From: Lama glama | Lineage: Eukaryota | DNA: 64,000 nucleotides | Assembly: GCA_028534125.1 (NCBI GenBank) | Contig: CM052816.1 | Coordinates: 90,956,001 to 91,020,000 of the forward strand | Direction: 5' to 3' | In this document: positions 52,601-63,178 of the stretch, piece by piece | Layout of the letters: each line of letters begins with the position of its first letter | How positions within the stretch are numbered: position 1 is the stretch's first letter | The notes under the pieces: generated by a model | What the model was told of the DNA's origin: nothing | Database searches by the model: none | The model's input: only the letters and a program-made list of their open reading frames with translations | Made by a program: the position numbers and the translations under genes

Positions 52601-55600
52601 TCCTAATGCAGCCTGAAAAAGGTCATCCTGACAGTGACCGTAACGCAGTAGAATAAAAAGCAGTCTAAGCTTCATGTTTTTCCCTTTGTTATTATAAAAG
52701 ATGTTTCTAGATTGTTTGTTTTGATTTTTGTCGCTAGCTGTAATTGTGTGCTTTTTTAACATAGTCCATTCAAAAAGAAATTCGTGCAGTTTTTAATAGA
52801 GTCACGTCATTCCATCTCACAGCTGGTCTCTGAACACAGAAACGGCTTGCTTCACACAGACGGGAGTCTCCTTTGAAGGGAGACTCTTAAGGAAGGAAGA
52901 GAAGAGACAGGAAGGGAAAAGGAGAGTCAGAAATCTGAAGGAAGAGTTTTCACTCTTGTTCCAGAACCTTGAACAGGACTTTAGTTTATACCTGGTGGTT
53001 CTTTTAAAGCAGATATTAGTTATAGATTTGATTCTAGGCTTATCATTTTAATGTTTGTCTTTCCCTCTCAAGTGTAAACTCCACATGTCTTTGGCTACCT
53101 CGTGCAGGGCTGGCACGTGGAGGAAGTCAGCAAGTAGCTGTTGAATTAAATAATAAAGGGGCTCAGGTGGAGATGACGTGAGCACTGGCGTTCTGGGACC
53201 CCAGTACAGGAACGCCTCTTGGTCCCCAAGGTTAAGGCTGGTGTGTGTGTGTATGTGTGCACCACTCTCACAGGCTACTGGAATGTCACCGTGTACGGAC
53301 GCAAGCACTGCTACCGACTCTACACCAAGCTGCTCAATGAGGCCACCAGGTGGTCCAGCGCCATTCAAAACGTGACCGACGCCAAGGCCCCGATCGACAC
53401 CCCCACCCAGCAGCTGATTCAGGATATCAAGGTGAGAGGAGCCCGGCTCCCCGGGGTGGTTCATAGCCGCTCACCGACTCTCACCCTTGGAACATCATGA
53501 TGTCAACATTGGTCAGGCTTCGTTTTCTTCCTGTAATCAAAACTAACTCTTCATTAACTGTGTCTTTGTGTATCCCGGCTTTTAAAAATCTAAGTGCTGG
53601 ACTGCAGGTGACACTGGATGCTAGAAATATCTTGTCTCTGGGGAGGTGTTAGATGTTGCCACTGAGGCAGCCGCGGTTGTTGGGCTGTGCGAGCAGAGGA
53701 CAGGGGTCTACAGTTGGGGTGTGGGGCTCCCCATCACAGGGACGTGGTGTGATCTGTGTTGGGGATGACCTGCTGTGTCACGGGCTCTTCTTGTGCTCAG
53801 GTTGGGGACCTTCTAGGAGGAACACAGTAGTTCTGCTTTTACTCTGTGCTTTCTAGACCACACAGGTAGGTTTGCGGAGAGCCCAGGTTGATCTAGGAAA
53901 CGTGGAGTCCTCATCAGGTGCCTCTAAACTGGCAGAAGCCCCCAAAGCTTTGGACCGACATTGACTTTATTAAATTGTAATTTCCTGTTTATAAAGATCA
54001 GTTGCTCAGTAAGTGTTTGTTGAATGACTGAGTGAACAAACGAACGATTAGACGGCGGCTGCGAACCAGGGTCACCGCGCTCGTTCTCCAGGGGTGGAAA
54101 CAGAGACACGGGGCTTTCTGGGTGCGCTGCACACACAGCAGGTCCAGCCCTGCTGCAGAAGCAGGTGGAGGGGATTATTTTTACTGCTGTTCCTCCAAGT
54201 AGGCAGGTTCCCTACACAGAGGAAAGAGCTGGAGCTGTGACAGAAGAGACGCCAGAATGGTAGTGAGGCGGGTGTTTATTGACTGATGTACATCAAAGAA
54301 AGTTAACTAATCGGATCCAGGAGGCAAACTGTGCCTTTGTAAAGGTGGGGAGGGTCTAATAGATCGGGAGTGTATGATTTCCCACCAAATTCAAGTCAGC
54401 CTCTTAATTCCAAAATGATACATTTTCTGGGTATTTGGAGCCAAATTCCAGCAAGTCAGTTCTCCTACAAACCGCAGAGCTGTCCATGGACCCAGGGCAC
54501 TTGAAACTAATAATGTCATTTCTAGTCTCAAATTAATTTTTCCAAAGCTTTCTTGTGAGAAGGGAGAGAAAACAGCACATACCAGCTGAGCACACTTTCT
54601 CTTCAAAGCTGTATCTTATCTACCCTTTTATTTACTAATTCATTGGAAATCAGACATTAAAAGAATAAATAGAATTTTTAAATATGAAACAGTTGCTTCT
54701 TAAGAAATGAGACAAGTTGCCCTAAGTAAGGCTGCACCAGTTTTTTAATTAATTTAGACTCCCCCCCCCCCCGGTTTTCGATTGGGTGTTACTGAATAAG
54801 TTTCATAGTGGAAGCGAAATTCCCGCAGTAAAATGACTCATCGCCTCTCCCCCAGCTTTTCTGTTTATTTAAAGTTCTAAAAGGGACTTTGGCTTTTTCA
54901 GATCCCACATTAATGTTTTAGGAACTTAAATACATGATGAAATTCTCTGCAAGGAGCTCTCAAATTTCAGGAGTGAGAAAGGAGGCTCATGGACGAGCAG
55001 TCTCAACTGATACTAATGTGTCGTTTTCGGGCAGAGAATACAGAAGACCCGTGAAAGAACTAGCAAACTATATTTTTAAAATGAATTATAGATAAGGATG
55101 ACATGATGTGGCCAAGCGATTCATGGCTAAATAATTAGCAAGAGAAGCTTAAATGAACTTTTTTGAATATACATCATCTCCAGAGGAAAGACTTTTTCCA
55201 ATAATGTGGGGAAATATATGCAAATGTATGAGAGAAAGGGAATGAGCTATGTGAGGAAAATGTGTGTGATTCGTCTTCAAACATGGCTTCTGGGTGTCGA
55301 AATGATTAATGCTGGATTAATCCATCTAGTTCCCCCACCATCCCTAGGCTACTGATGTTTTGTGACTTGTGAAAAACATCCACATGCAGGAGAATGCAGT
55401 GTCCTTGTTCCTTTCCGTACATCTTTTGCAGTAAGCTCGTGGCCTTTCTCTAACGGCTCCTTTATTCTCCAGGAGAACTGCCTGAACTCGGACGTGGTGG
55501 AGCAGATTTACAAGCGGAACCCTATCCTGCGCCACACCCACCACCCCCTGCACTCCCCGCTCCTGCCCCTGCCCTACGGAGACATAAACCTCAACTGTGA

Positions 55601-58600
55601 GTCTCCAGTTCCGCCCGGACCCGGGACACTGGGGTGCACTTTCCCCGTCACCTCGTGAGCTCAGTCACATTCGCATCTGTGGGTTGTGGTGATGCCAGGG
55701 TTGTTGCCTTAAAGAAAGTGCCGGCACTGCCCGTGAGCTCAGAGTAGCCTTAGCATCCCAGAGAACCAGATCCTAACCATCATCTTGCCTTCCAAGTGTG
55801 GACCCTGTCTGGCAACAGACAAGCTTTTAAGCATTTTGCACAGTGAAATCGTTCAGTTCCTTGCCCACCTCCATGCAGCTGATTCGGGGTTCCCGGGACA
55901 CATGGTGGGTGCTGCATCACGGCCTAGCTCCCGTCCTCATTCCTTCCTCTGGTCTGCTGCTCGGAAGACACCTTCCCCGAGCCCCTCACGTGACTTGTGT
56001 TTGTTTCCCTTTTCCCAGTACTCAAAGACAAAGGCTACACCACGCTGCAGGACGAGGCCATCAAGATATTCAATTCCCTCCAGCAGCTGGAATCCGTGTC
56101 TGACCCCATCCCCATAATCCAGGGCATCCTCCAGACGGGCCATGACCTCCGGCCGCTGCGAGACGAGCTGTACTGCCAGCTCATCAAGCAGACCACCCAG
56201 GTGCCGCACCCGGGCAGCGTGGGCAACCTGTACAGCTGGCAGATCCTCACATGCCTGAGTTGCACCTTCCTGCCGAGCCGGGGGGTCCTCAAGTACCTGA
56301 AGTTCCACCTCAAAAGGTACCAGGGGGCCGGGGCAGCGCTGTTCGCACGGGCAGTGCAGTGGATCACTGTTCAGATGATGCAGATCTGGAACAGAAGACC
56401 CCTGGTGTGGGTCAGGCTCCTGGGTCCCCTGAGCAAGCTTGCAGCCATCCTTTTTCTCTCTAAGCCGTGCAAGGCTGTCCAGAGACCCGGTCACTCTTGG
56501 TGTAATGTCCTGATGTGTAGGACATGGGATGAATTTAGTTACCACTACCCTATATAAACAAGGAGGGGAAAAAAGCTTGGATATTTGTTCCAAATCAAAC
56601 AGGTGGAAACAGTCTGATTCAGTCTGATTAATGTTGGAAAAGCAGTTTTCACCCAGTGGTACGAGGCAGAGGGCTCTTTAAGCACAAGAGCGCGGCAGAG
56701 GCCAGCTGTCAACAGTTGCTCCAGTCGTACGTGGGCTCTTCGGTCTTTAAGGTGGTTTTCTTTCTTTCTTTTGTTCTCTGTCTTTAGACTAAACCTTCCT
56801 GGGATAAGCTCAGGCAGTGGCTGGCACTTGCTCTGTTCATCATGGGGACACGTCGGCTGTGCTGGCCTGCAGCACGTTGAAGCTGCCTGGCTCCCCACTG
56901 CCAGCCATCCTCAATCCGGCAACTGACAGTTAGTGTCTGTCTCCTAGGGTCCGGGAACAGTTTCCAGGAACCGAGATGGAAAAATACGCCCTCTTCATTT
57001 ACGAATCTCTTAAGAAAACCAAATGCCGAGAGTTCGTGCCTTCCCGGGATGAAATAGAAGCTCTGATCCACAGGCAGGAGATGACGTCCACGGTGTATTG
57101 CCACGGCGGAGGCTCCTGCAAGATCACCATCAGCTCCCACACCACAGCCGGGGAGGTGAGGGAGGGCGCTGTTTGATGCCTGACTGCCTGTGTGCTTAGG
57201 ACAATTGTGTGCAGTTAGGTTGGCTCCTGTGCCTGGTTGTGATTTGTATAGGGCAGCTGCTCAGTTAAACGAGGAAACAGACCTAATCCTGCTAATCTGA
57301 GAAGCAATTGAAAATCTAGTAGAGATTGTGGACCCTGACTCAGGTACACCCTCTATGATGAGGGTTTATCGTAACACTTCTGCAGTGGAGTGTTTCTGTG
57401 TGCCACGCAAAGACCTAGAATGCTGGGTCAGGTGGACACATTATTTTCTTTCTTTTAACATTTAAACAGTATTATAAAACCAATTGGCTAAAAGGAATAG
57501 TTCAGTAAAACCCAGAAAAGCTGGTGTAGAAGAAACATTGGTGAAAGTCACCATGAGTTCATGAGGTTGTTGGACAAAAGGGCTTCAGTTTCCATGTAAA
57601 CCCTCCTAGTATGGGTTTGCAAGAAACAGGCCCAGCCTCTGTCCCTACCGGTGGCAAATGCTGGGCCAGTTCTTTGTGGCAAGGAAGAGAGAGAACTGAT
57701 GCCAGGAGAACAAGGGAAAACAGCACCTTTGAAATTTCACCCCTGACAGCCTTAGGAGGCTGCCTGGACCCTCACTTTGGCTGGCAGCTCCCTCTGGGTT
57801 CTGATGAAGGCACATTCTAGAACCACAGCTTCAGAAGCTGAAGACCTTGTGTTTTCCAGGTGGTGGAGAAGCTGATCCGAGGCCTGGCCATGGAGGACAG
57901 CAGAAACATGTTCGCACTCTTTGAGTACAACGGGCACGTCGACAAAGCCATCGAGAGCCGGACCATCGTGGCCGATGTGTTGGCAAAGTTTGAGAAGTAA
58001 GTTCCCTTCCAAGTGCCAGCAGATTCAAGAAGGTTTGAACTTCTGTGCCATTTTTGCCTTTGGTGCACATTTGAGTGGGCCTTATTTTGCCCATGTTGAA
58101 GCATATTTAATTTTTCACCTCCCCTTGTTGCCTGTTTTCCTTGATTCCTAGATGGAGCTCCCATCTCAAACAGGGTTCAGCATTGTTTGTCTACCCCATT
58201 CTTTCTGTTGGTCCCCTGTTGTACCCACTGTCTTGGAATTCTCTGATTCTAGGTTTTCACTTGTCATTAGCTGGAGTAGACAGAAGCCAGTTAATAAACT
58301 CTTCCAACCACATTTTGTATCTCTTGGACCCATAATATTTTATTAATGGCTCTCATGTCCCCCTAGTAGCACAAAGTATATTCCTACTCAGTATAAACAC
58401 AGCCTCCCTAATATTCATGTTAGCTTTTATAAATATTGTAGTTTGAGAGTTGGTAAAAGGAATGAAGTAATAGGTGTTGTTTTTCTTTGTATGGATCCAG
58501 CATCACGCTTGGCTAGGGCTAACTAGACTGGGACACGCAGAAAAGACTTGTTGGCGCAGTTTAACTGAAGGCTGCCTGTTGTCAGATAAAATCAGGATGA

Positions 58601-61600
58601 AAGCATGCTTTTCACCTCTGGGTAAACAGCTTAGCAGGGAACTCTGAGAAGCCTCACTCTTCCAGCGTGTCCTCTCCCTCCCTCCCACTCCACACGCTCT
58701 GCTCTCTGAGCACAGACAGACTGAAGCCTTAGAGAGAACACACCGTACAAAGTGAACTCCCTGTGGGTCGCCCGTGGCCCATGTCTTGTTTGGCTTTCTG
58801 AGTCTCCCTCTCGACTTCTGTCTAGGCTGGCTGCCACATCAGAGGTAGGTGACCAGCCCTGGAAGTTCTACTTCAAACTTTACTGCTTCCTGGACACGGA
58901 CAACGTGCCAAAAGACAGCGTGGAATTTGCCTTTATGTTTGAACAGGTAAGTGGGACTCTGGTTCCTCTGCAGGACAGTAGGGCTGAAACCTGTTAATAC
59001 CCTTCTTACGTTAACCGCTGGTCCTTCCAAATCACGTATGGGAGTAGATTTCCTGGCATGGACAGGGTCGGCTGCTCTTTTATTCATTTGTAGAATGAAA
59101 CTTTGACACACACTATTTGAACTTCTGTACCAGGAACTTCTGGTTGAGGGTGGAGGGGGGACAATTAAAATAAAATATATGTGTTAGATGGTATCCGAGC
59201 CAGGGAGAAATTTAAAGCAGCAAAGGGGGGTTGGGGTACAGTTTCTTGGGAAGGTGGCCTTTGAGAGCGATCCTGATGAAATAAGGGAGCAAGCCAGACA
59301 GGCATCCTGTTAGAGCCACAGTGTCCGGCCCATAAAGCCGCTGCCCGCCTCCTTGCAGGCCCACGAAGCCGTCATCCACGGCCACTACCCGGCCCCAGAG
59401 GAGAACCTGCAGGTCCTCGCCGCCCTGCGGCTCCAGTACCTGCAGGGGGACCACACACCACACGCCGCGGTCCCGCCTCTCGAGGAGGTGTACTCGCTGC
59501 AGAGGCTCAAGGCCCGCATCAGCCAGTCCACCAAGACCTTCACGCCGTGCGAGCGGCTGGAGAGGAGGCGCACCAGCTTCCTGGAGGGGACGCTGAGGCG
59601 GAGCTTCCGGACGGGACCCGTCGTGCGGCAGAAGGTGGAGGAAGAGCAGATGCTGGACATGTGGGTCAAGGAAGAGGTCTCCTCCGCTCGAGCCAGCATC
59701 ATTGACAAGTGGAAGAAATTCCAGGGAATGAGCCAGGAACAGGCCATGGCCAAGTACATGGCCTTGATCAAGGAGTGGCCTGGATACGGATCCACGCTCT
59801 TTGATGTGGAGGTGAGGGCTGGCTGCTGCATTTTCCGACACGAGGGGGCACCTGAGTCAGTGTGACCATGGTCAAGTCCAGAGGGAGGGAGGGCCGGGTG
59901 GGACGGGACACTCTGCACTCTCACCCTCTTTTGTTAGACACCCCCCCCCAATTTTATCCTTAACAACCTCCCAGCCACCCACCCCAAGTTTTTTTCCTCC
60001 TTTATAGTAAATGCTTTTGTAACGTTAGAAGTGAGTGGAAAATTAAGATGTCATCTATTCTTAAATAACTTCTAACTCTTCCTTATACCAGCTATAGACC
60101 CAATAAAAAAAGTGCTGGTAAAAATCTGCATTAACCATTTTTTAGAACAATGTACCTAAAGTCAAATTTGGGGTATACTTGGATTTTACTTTTTTATTTT
60201 TTCCCGTGACTGTTTGCAGGGAAGAATTTCTGTTACACAATTGGAATTTGGCAAAATTAGCATCAACCCAGTACTGATTTCATATGTGTATATTTACATA
60301 CATGCATATTTTAAGTAGGCTATTTACTGAGAGAAAATCTTATTAATACTCTAGATCAAGGCTTAGCAGACTACAGCACAAGGGCCAAATCCTGCTTGCC
60401 TTTTTTTTTTTTTTTTTGAAAATTAAGTTTTACTGGAACACAGCAATGCTCATTCTTTTATGCATTTTTCTCTGCTGCTTTCACACTCAAACAGCAGAGT
60501 TGAGTAGCTGTGCCAGAAAGCACAAAGCCTAAAATATTTACTACCTGTCCCTTAACAGATGTTTGTCAACCCCTGGTTTAGATGAGCGTGTGTTTTTCTA
60601 ATGACCATAGTCATTCAGCATGTTATCTGACAACTTTTAAATGAGGCTTTGTAAAAAATCTAAATATTTATTGTATATTCTAAGATCCTTTCATGACTTT
60701 TCATTGGGTGCTGTCTTTGGGTTGGTTAATTCTGTTACATTGGTTTTTAAGTATAAATCAGATGCTTGGTACCAGAACCTCGTCATCTCAGAGTCACCAA
60801 TGTGGATCCTTCCTGATTCCCATCGCCTTGTGTTGTCATCCCGCACATCCAGGCTCCTATTTTCCTCCACTGATCTGTGCAAGAAAGTCCATTGTTAAGC
60901 CAGTGAGATCAACCACCATCTACACAAAAGCTCATTGCTGGTTACTCAGCACAGATGTGGAGAATTTTCCCCTGTGATCCTGGATTTTGTATTTGAAGAA
61001 TAATCACTCAGGACAGGATTGGAGGCAGAACTAGAGACAGAAGAGTAGCCTGGCTGGGGGATCATTGTTGAGTTCCTTGGCTGTAGCCACCCCTGTGTAG
61101 CTAATTCAGATGGCCAGGAGGGTGATGATGTGGAGAGTCCCAACAAGATGCTGGAATTGACCACCGAGATCCCCCCATATGCACAGGCCTGATCTGCCAG
61201 TCAGAAATCAACCAAGATAGCTGAAGAGATACCATTTCTCCTGTTTCAGTTCCCCTGGCGTAAATACACATTGAATGCCTTCAGTACGCTGTGCAGAGGG
61301 CTTGATTTAAAGCCTGTCTTGTGGCCCCTGTGTTCTGTTTCTGGTCTAACTCTTAACAATCACTCTTGCCCCTCAGTGCAAGGAGGGCGGCTTTCCCCAG
61401 GAGCTCTGGTTGGGCGTCAGCGCCGACGCTGTCTCTGTCTACAAGCGCGGGGAGGGAAGACCCTTAGAAGTCTTCCAGTACGAGCACATCCTCTCCTTTG
61501 GGGCTCCCCTGGCCAACACGTACAAGATCGTCGTCGATGAGAGGGAGCTGCTCTTTGAAACCAGTGAGGTAAGAGGCAACTCTTTTGTCTGTGACCTGGG

Positions 61601-63178
61601 CAAAATAGAACAGTGGCACCTCACGTCCTGGAGCCTTTGACCAAGTGATTTTATTTGGGTATTTCGCTTTAAGACATGAAAATACAGCATGCAGGTCCCT
61701 TCTCAGCTGCAGGTCTGTCCTAGGCCCAAACCTGATAACCCCAAAATTCTTCTGTATACCTTTGCAACAGAGAAATTTGGTTCCCTTGTATCAGGTGGGT
61801 CTTACCTTTGGAGGAAAAAAAGAAAAAGGGAAATGATATATAGAGATCCAAAAAAAATTACATAGTTTGGCAAAAAAGCCAAACTAGACAAGTGGATCAC
61901 AGCCTTGAGACTAGGATCTGATGGTGTCCACAGAGCAGGAGGGAGAGAGGGCAGACCATCCTGGGCATAGCTAGTTCTAGCTCACAGTAAGTCACAGAAC
62001 ACCTCTATGTATGTATGCCATCCACATCAAAGCTCAAGATGTAATAATGGTAATAATACACGAAGCCTGTTGAGGTCTCCACCCAGGGAGCTGCCGGCAG
62101 GCAAAGGCGGGAGATGAGCATGAATCACACGCTGCTCGTTGGGCTGATGGCGTCAAGTGAGGGCGAGGAGGTGGTAGGAGGCCGTGATCAGACCAAGGAT
62201 GCAGGCAGGGACAGGTGCGGGTAGACAAGGCTGGCAGCAGATGTGCAGTGAGGTGGAAAGAGGTGAGGGCCTTTGACTGGAGGGTCCCAGGCGCCAGGCT
62301 GCTGGGTTTGGTCAACCCTAGTGGACAATAGGGAACTGCCCTGGGACCTTTGATGGTGACATGATGTGTGACAGCAGTGCTTTTACAAACAGTGATGTGG
62401 GGTGAGATTGGAAGGGAAGAGAGAACAGGGGGATGGCGGCCAGGTAGGACGTCTTCACAGAGATCCAGGCCAGCCATCGGGAGGGACGGGCCAGGAGAGG
62501 CGACAGTGGACACTGACCGCATCGTGAAATAGCTCTTTGCGAGCACATAGCTGGCAGGGAGCAGAACTGCGCATGTGGGGGGGGGCGGTGGCGGGGAGAA
62601 GGGTGCGGGCTGGGGTTCGCACCTTAGTTCTGTTTCTCCAGCTGCATCATGAGGAGCTGACCAGCACGATGTGATCCAGTCTTTAAAAGCTGTGCTTGTG
62701 GGCTCTGTCGCTGACCCTTTGAGCTGGAACAGTAATCCCGGCCCTAATCATACCAACACACTTAAGCGTCATCGGGTGGGAGCTTTATTTTACGTGCAAA
62801 ATCTCACAGTTTTCCATCAGGCAACCACCAGGTGGCAACGTCCTATTTGGCAAAGCCAGGATTCCCTTTCTCCCTGCCTAGGAATAGGGGAAGGCAGCTG
62901 ACCTTTTGGCTTCATGCGCACGCAGCCTGCCCCGTGGATTCACACGGCGGGCTACCTACTGGCTTTTGCTGGGAGGACGGGTTGGTCTGCCGAGGTCGGG
63001 CTGAGGCCGTCTGGTTGACAGGCCCCCGCAACCTGCAGAGACTCCTGACCATGTGCCGACTCTGCTTCCCGGGCAGGTAGTGGACGTGGCCAAGCTCATG
63101 AAAGCCTACATCAGCATGATCGTGAAGAAGCGCTACAGCGCGTCGCGCTCCGTGAGCAGCCAGGGCAGCTCCAGGTGA
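28514..63178 (+). CDS. MYO10: Myosin-X (unconventional myosin 10), 3' part of gene: 22 coding exons, 4221 nt spliced, 1406 aa from MPDQFDQ to SSQGSSR*
   Basis: All 22 exons have AG acceptors and GT (one GC) donors, and intron phases match throughout. The translation gives motor end-IQx3-SAH/CC-PEST-PHx3-MyTH4-FERM, diagnostic of myosin-X. Confidence 0.98.
28731..28845 (+). CDS. MYO10: MYO10 exon 21: converter, [38 protein letters not shown]
   Basis: ttgcag|G acceptor, AAG|gtacaa donor; 115 nt; WQLGKTK converter motif. Confidence 0.95.
29656..29735. repeat. Purine-rich (GA)n/(GGAA)n tract
   Basis: gagagagagagagag...ggaaggaaggaagaaaggaaggaaggaagg. Confidence 0.85.
29758..30004 (-). mobile_element. 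MLT1A/B-like MaLR solo LTR, internally deleted
   Basis: ccacagactgggtggctgaaacacagaagtttatttctc...aaaggccccacttccaaatacc...cattcagtccataaca. Confidence 0.75.
30164..30710 (-). mobile_element. MLT1E/F-like MaLR solo LTR
   Basis: tgtattagttatctattgctgtgtaacaaac...caggcacagcttagctgg...; TG...CA ends. Confidence 0.7.
30997..31117. repeat. Minisatellite, 4 x 30-32 bp (tcttctacacagtgcacatagtaggagctcag)
   Basis: Units start at 30997, 31027, 31058, 31090; sits in an L2-like 3' end. Confidence 0.9.
34426..34532 (+). CDS. MYO10: MYO10 exon 22: end of converter and IQ1, [36 protein letters not shown]
   Basis: ggcag|GTC acceptor, CG|gtaaga donor; 107 nt. Confidence 0.95.
35395..35628 (+). CDS. MYO10: MYO10 exon 23: IQ2, IQ3 and start of SAH helix
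   Basis: ctcag|A acceptor, AG|gtatgg donor; 234 nt; [12 protein letters not shown] and [14 protein letters not shown] motifs, then E/R/K-rich helix. Confidence 0.96.
35998..36043 (+). CDS. MYO10: MYO10 exon 24: SAH helix, [15 protein letters not shown]
   Basis: Long polypyrimidine tract + ttag|A; CAG|gtgagg donor; 46 nt. Confidence 0.93.
36106..36210. repeat. 3 x ~33 bp tandem repeat (attcaaaactgaaaaaaagatgtaggaagaagg)
   Basis: Three diverged copies about 60 nt after the exon 24 donor. Confidence 0.8.
36328..36727 (-). mobile_element. MLT1B/C-like MaLR solo LTR
   Basis: gggctgctgtaacacaggaccacag...ctcacagctctgcaggctggaagtctgagatcagtgttggcagggttgg. Confidence 0.75.
36809..37657 (+). CDS. 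MYO10: MYO10 exon 25: SAH end, antiparallel coiled coil and PEST region
   Basis: atccag|GAG acceptor, TCG|gtgagt donor; 849 nt; [23 protein letters not shown] coiled coil; acidic S/P-rich PEST; CpG-rich. Confidence 0.97.
38519..38642 (+). CDS. MYO10: MYO10 exon 26: end of PEST, start of PH1a
   Basis: tccag|TTT acceptor, G|gtatga donor; 124 nt; [41 protein letters not shown]. Confidence 0.96.
41437..41536. other. Assembly gap (100 N)
   Basis: N run. Confidence 1.
41879..42122 (+). CDS. MYO10: MYO10 exon 27: PH1a and N-half of PH2
   Basis: agcag|GT acceptor, AA|gtacgt donor; 244 nt; WKRRWCVLK and GWLHKKGGG...[11 protein letters not shown] motifs. Confidence 0.96.
43135..43759 (-). mobile_element. 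5'-truncated cetartiodactyl-type L1 3' end with 13-bp TSD
   Basis: TSD TCTGAGTCCTACA at 43122-43134 and 43760-43772; minus [37 protein letters not shown] is the L1 ORF2 C-terminus; internal CA-rich tract. Confidence 0.9.
44331..44444 (-). mobile_element. Vic-1-like SINE, inserted in an older L1 fragment
   Basis: ggggattgaagccaggacctcgtgcatgctaggcatgcactctaccactgagcta; near-TSD tcattatgaca / tcattataaca. Confidence 0.88.
45969..46064 (+). CDS. MYO10: MYO10 exon 28: PH2, [32 protein letters not shown]
   Basis: ttgcag|G acceptor, AG|gtgagg donor; 96 nt. Confidence 0.95.
47468..47556 (-). mobile_element. Very short L1 3' terminus, same type as the 43135 element
   Basis: Poly-T then ttgaagtatagtcagtttaca...atttctggggtacagca; gaacac on both sides. 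Confidence 0.7.
48959..49052 (+). CDS. MYO10: MYO10 exon 29: PH2 C-helix and linker, [31 protein letters not shown]
   Basis: ccacag|C acceptor, GTG|gtgcgt donor; 94 nt. Confidence 0.95.
49759..49814 (+). CDS. MYO10: MYO10 exon 30: PH1b start, [19 protein letters not shown]
   Basis: ttccag|GGC acceptor, AG|gtaagc donor; 56 nt. Confidence 0.94.
51518..51660 (+). CDS. MYO10: MYO10 exon 31: PH1b, [47 protein letters not shown]
   Basis: ctcag|A acceptor, G|gtgagg donor; 143 nt. Confidence 0.96.
51765..51933 (-). mobile_element. Vic-1-like SINE
   Basis: T-rich tail then ggaggtactggggatggaacccaggacctcgtgcatgctaagcacgcactctaccactgagct. Confidence 0.9.
52087..52281 (+). CDS. MYO10: MYO10 exon 32: PH3 N-half
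   Basis: ctccag|GG acceptor, G|gtaagc donor; 195 nt; GWLHKEVK...[17 protein letters not shown]. Confidence 0.96.
53274..53431 (+). CDS. MYO10: MYO10 exon 33: PH3 C-half
   Basis: tcacag|GC acceptor, AAG|gtgaga donor; 158 nt; [31 protein letters not shown]. Confidence 0.96.
55473..55596 (+). CDS. MYO10: MYO10 exon 34: lead-in to MyTH4
   Basis: ctccag|GAG acceptor, T|gtgagt donor; 124 nt; [36 protein letters not shown]. Confidence 0.95.
56019..56316 (+). CDS. MYO10: MYO10 exon 35: MyTH4
   Basis: tcccag|TA acceptor, AG|gtacca donor; 298 nt; [13 protein letters not shown]yTH4 signature. Confidence 0.97.
56948..57155 (+). CDS. MYO10: MYO10 exon 36: MyTH4 end, FERM F1 start
   Basis: cctag|G acceptor, GAG|gtgagg donor; 208 nt; [13 protein letters not shown]...[21 protein letters not shown]. 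Confidence 0.96.
57860..57996 (+). CDS. MYO10: MYO10 exon 37: FERM F1
   Basis: ttccag|GTG acceptor, AA|gtaagt donor; 137 nt; [22 protein letters not shown]...[10 protein letters not shown]. Confidence 0.96.
58826..58946 (+). CDS. MYO10: MYO10 exon 38: FERM F1/F2
   Basis: tctag|G acceptor, CAG|gtaagt donor; 121 nt; [29 protein letters not shown]. Confidence 0.96.
59359..59811 (+). CDS. MYO10: MYO10 exon 39: FERM F2
   Basis: ttgcag|GCC acceptor, GAG|gtgagg donor; 453 nt; [12 protein letters not shown]...[23 protein letters not shown]. Confidence 0.97.
60357..60575. mobile_element. MER58A-like hAT element
   Basis: gggccaaatcc...gttttactggaacacagc...cagagttgagtagctg...aagcctaaaatatttacta...tttgtcaacccctg. 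Confidence 0.75.
61377..61568 (+). CDS. MYO10: MYO10 exon 40: FERM F3
   Basis: cctcag|TGC acceptor, GAG|gtaaga donor; 192 nt; [16 protein letters not shown]...YEHILSFG. Confidence 0.96.
63077..63178 (+). CDS. MYO10: MYO10 exon 41, coding part: [33 protein letters not shown]
   Basis: ggcag|GTA acceptor; TGA at 63176-63178; FERM C-terminal helix. Confidence 0.96.
   Translation, partial: VVDVAKLMKAYISMIVKKRYSASRSVSSQGSSR

Noticed and set aside
59212..59924. 209-aa and 179-aa antisense ORFs over exon 39
   Set aside because: Same shadow-ORF effect; likewise 55937-56593 over exon 35
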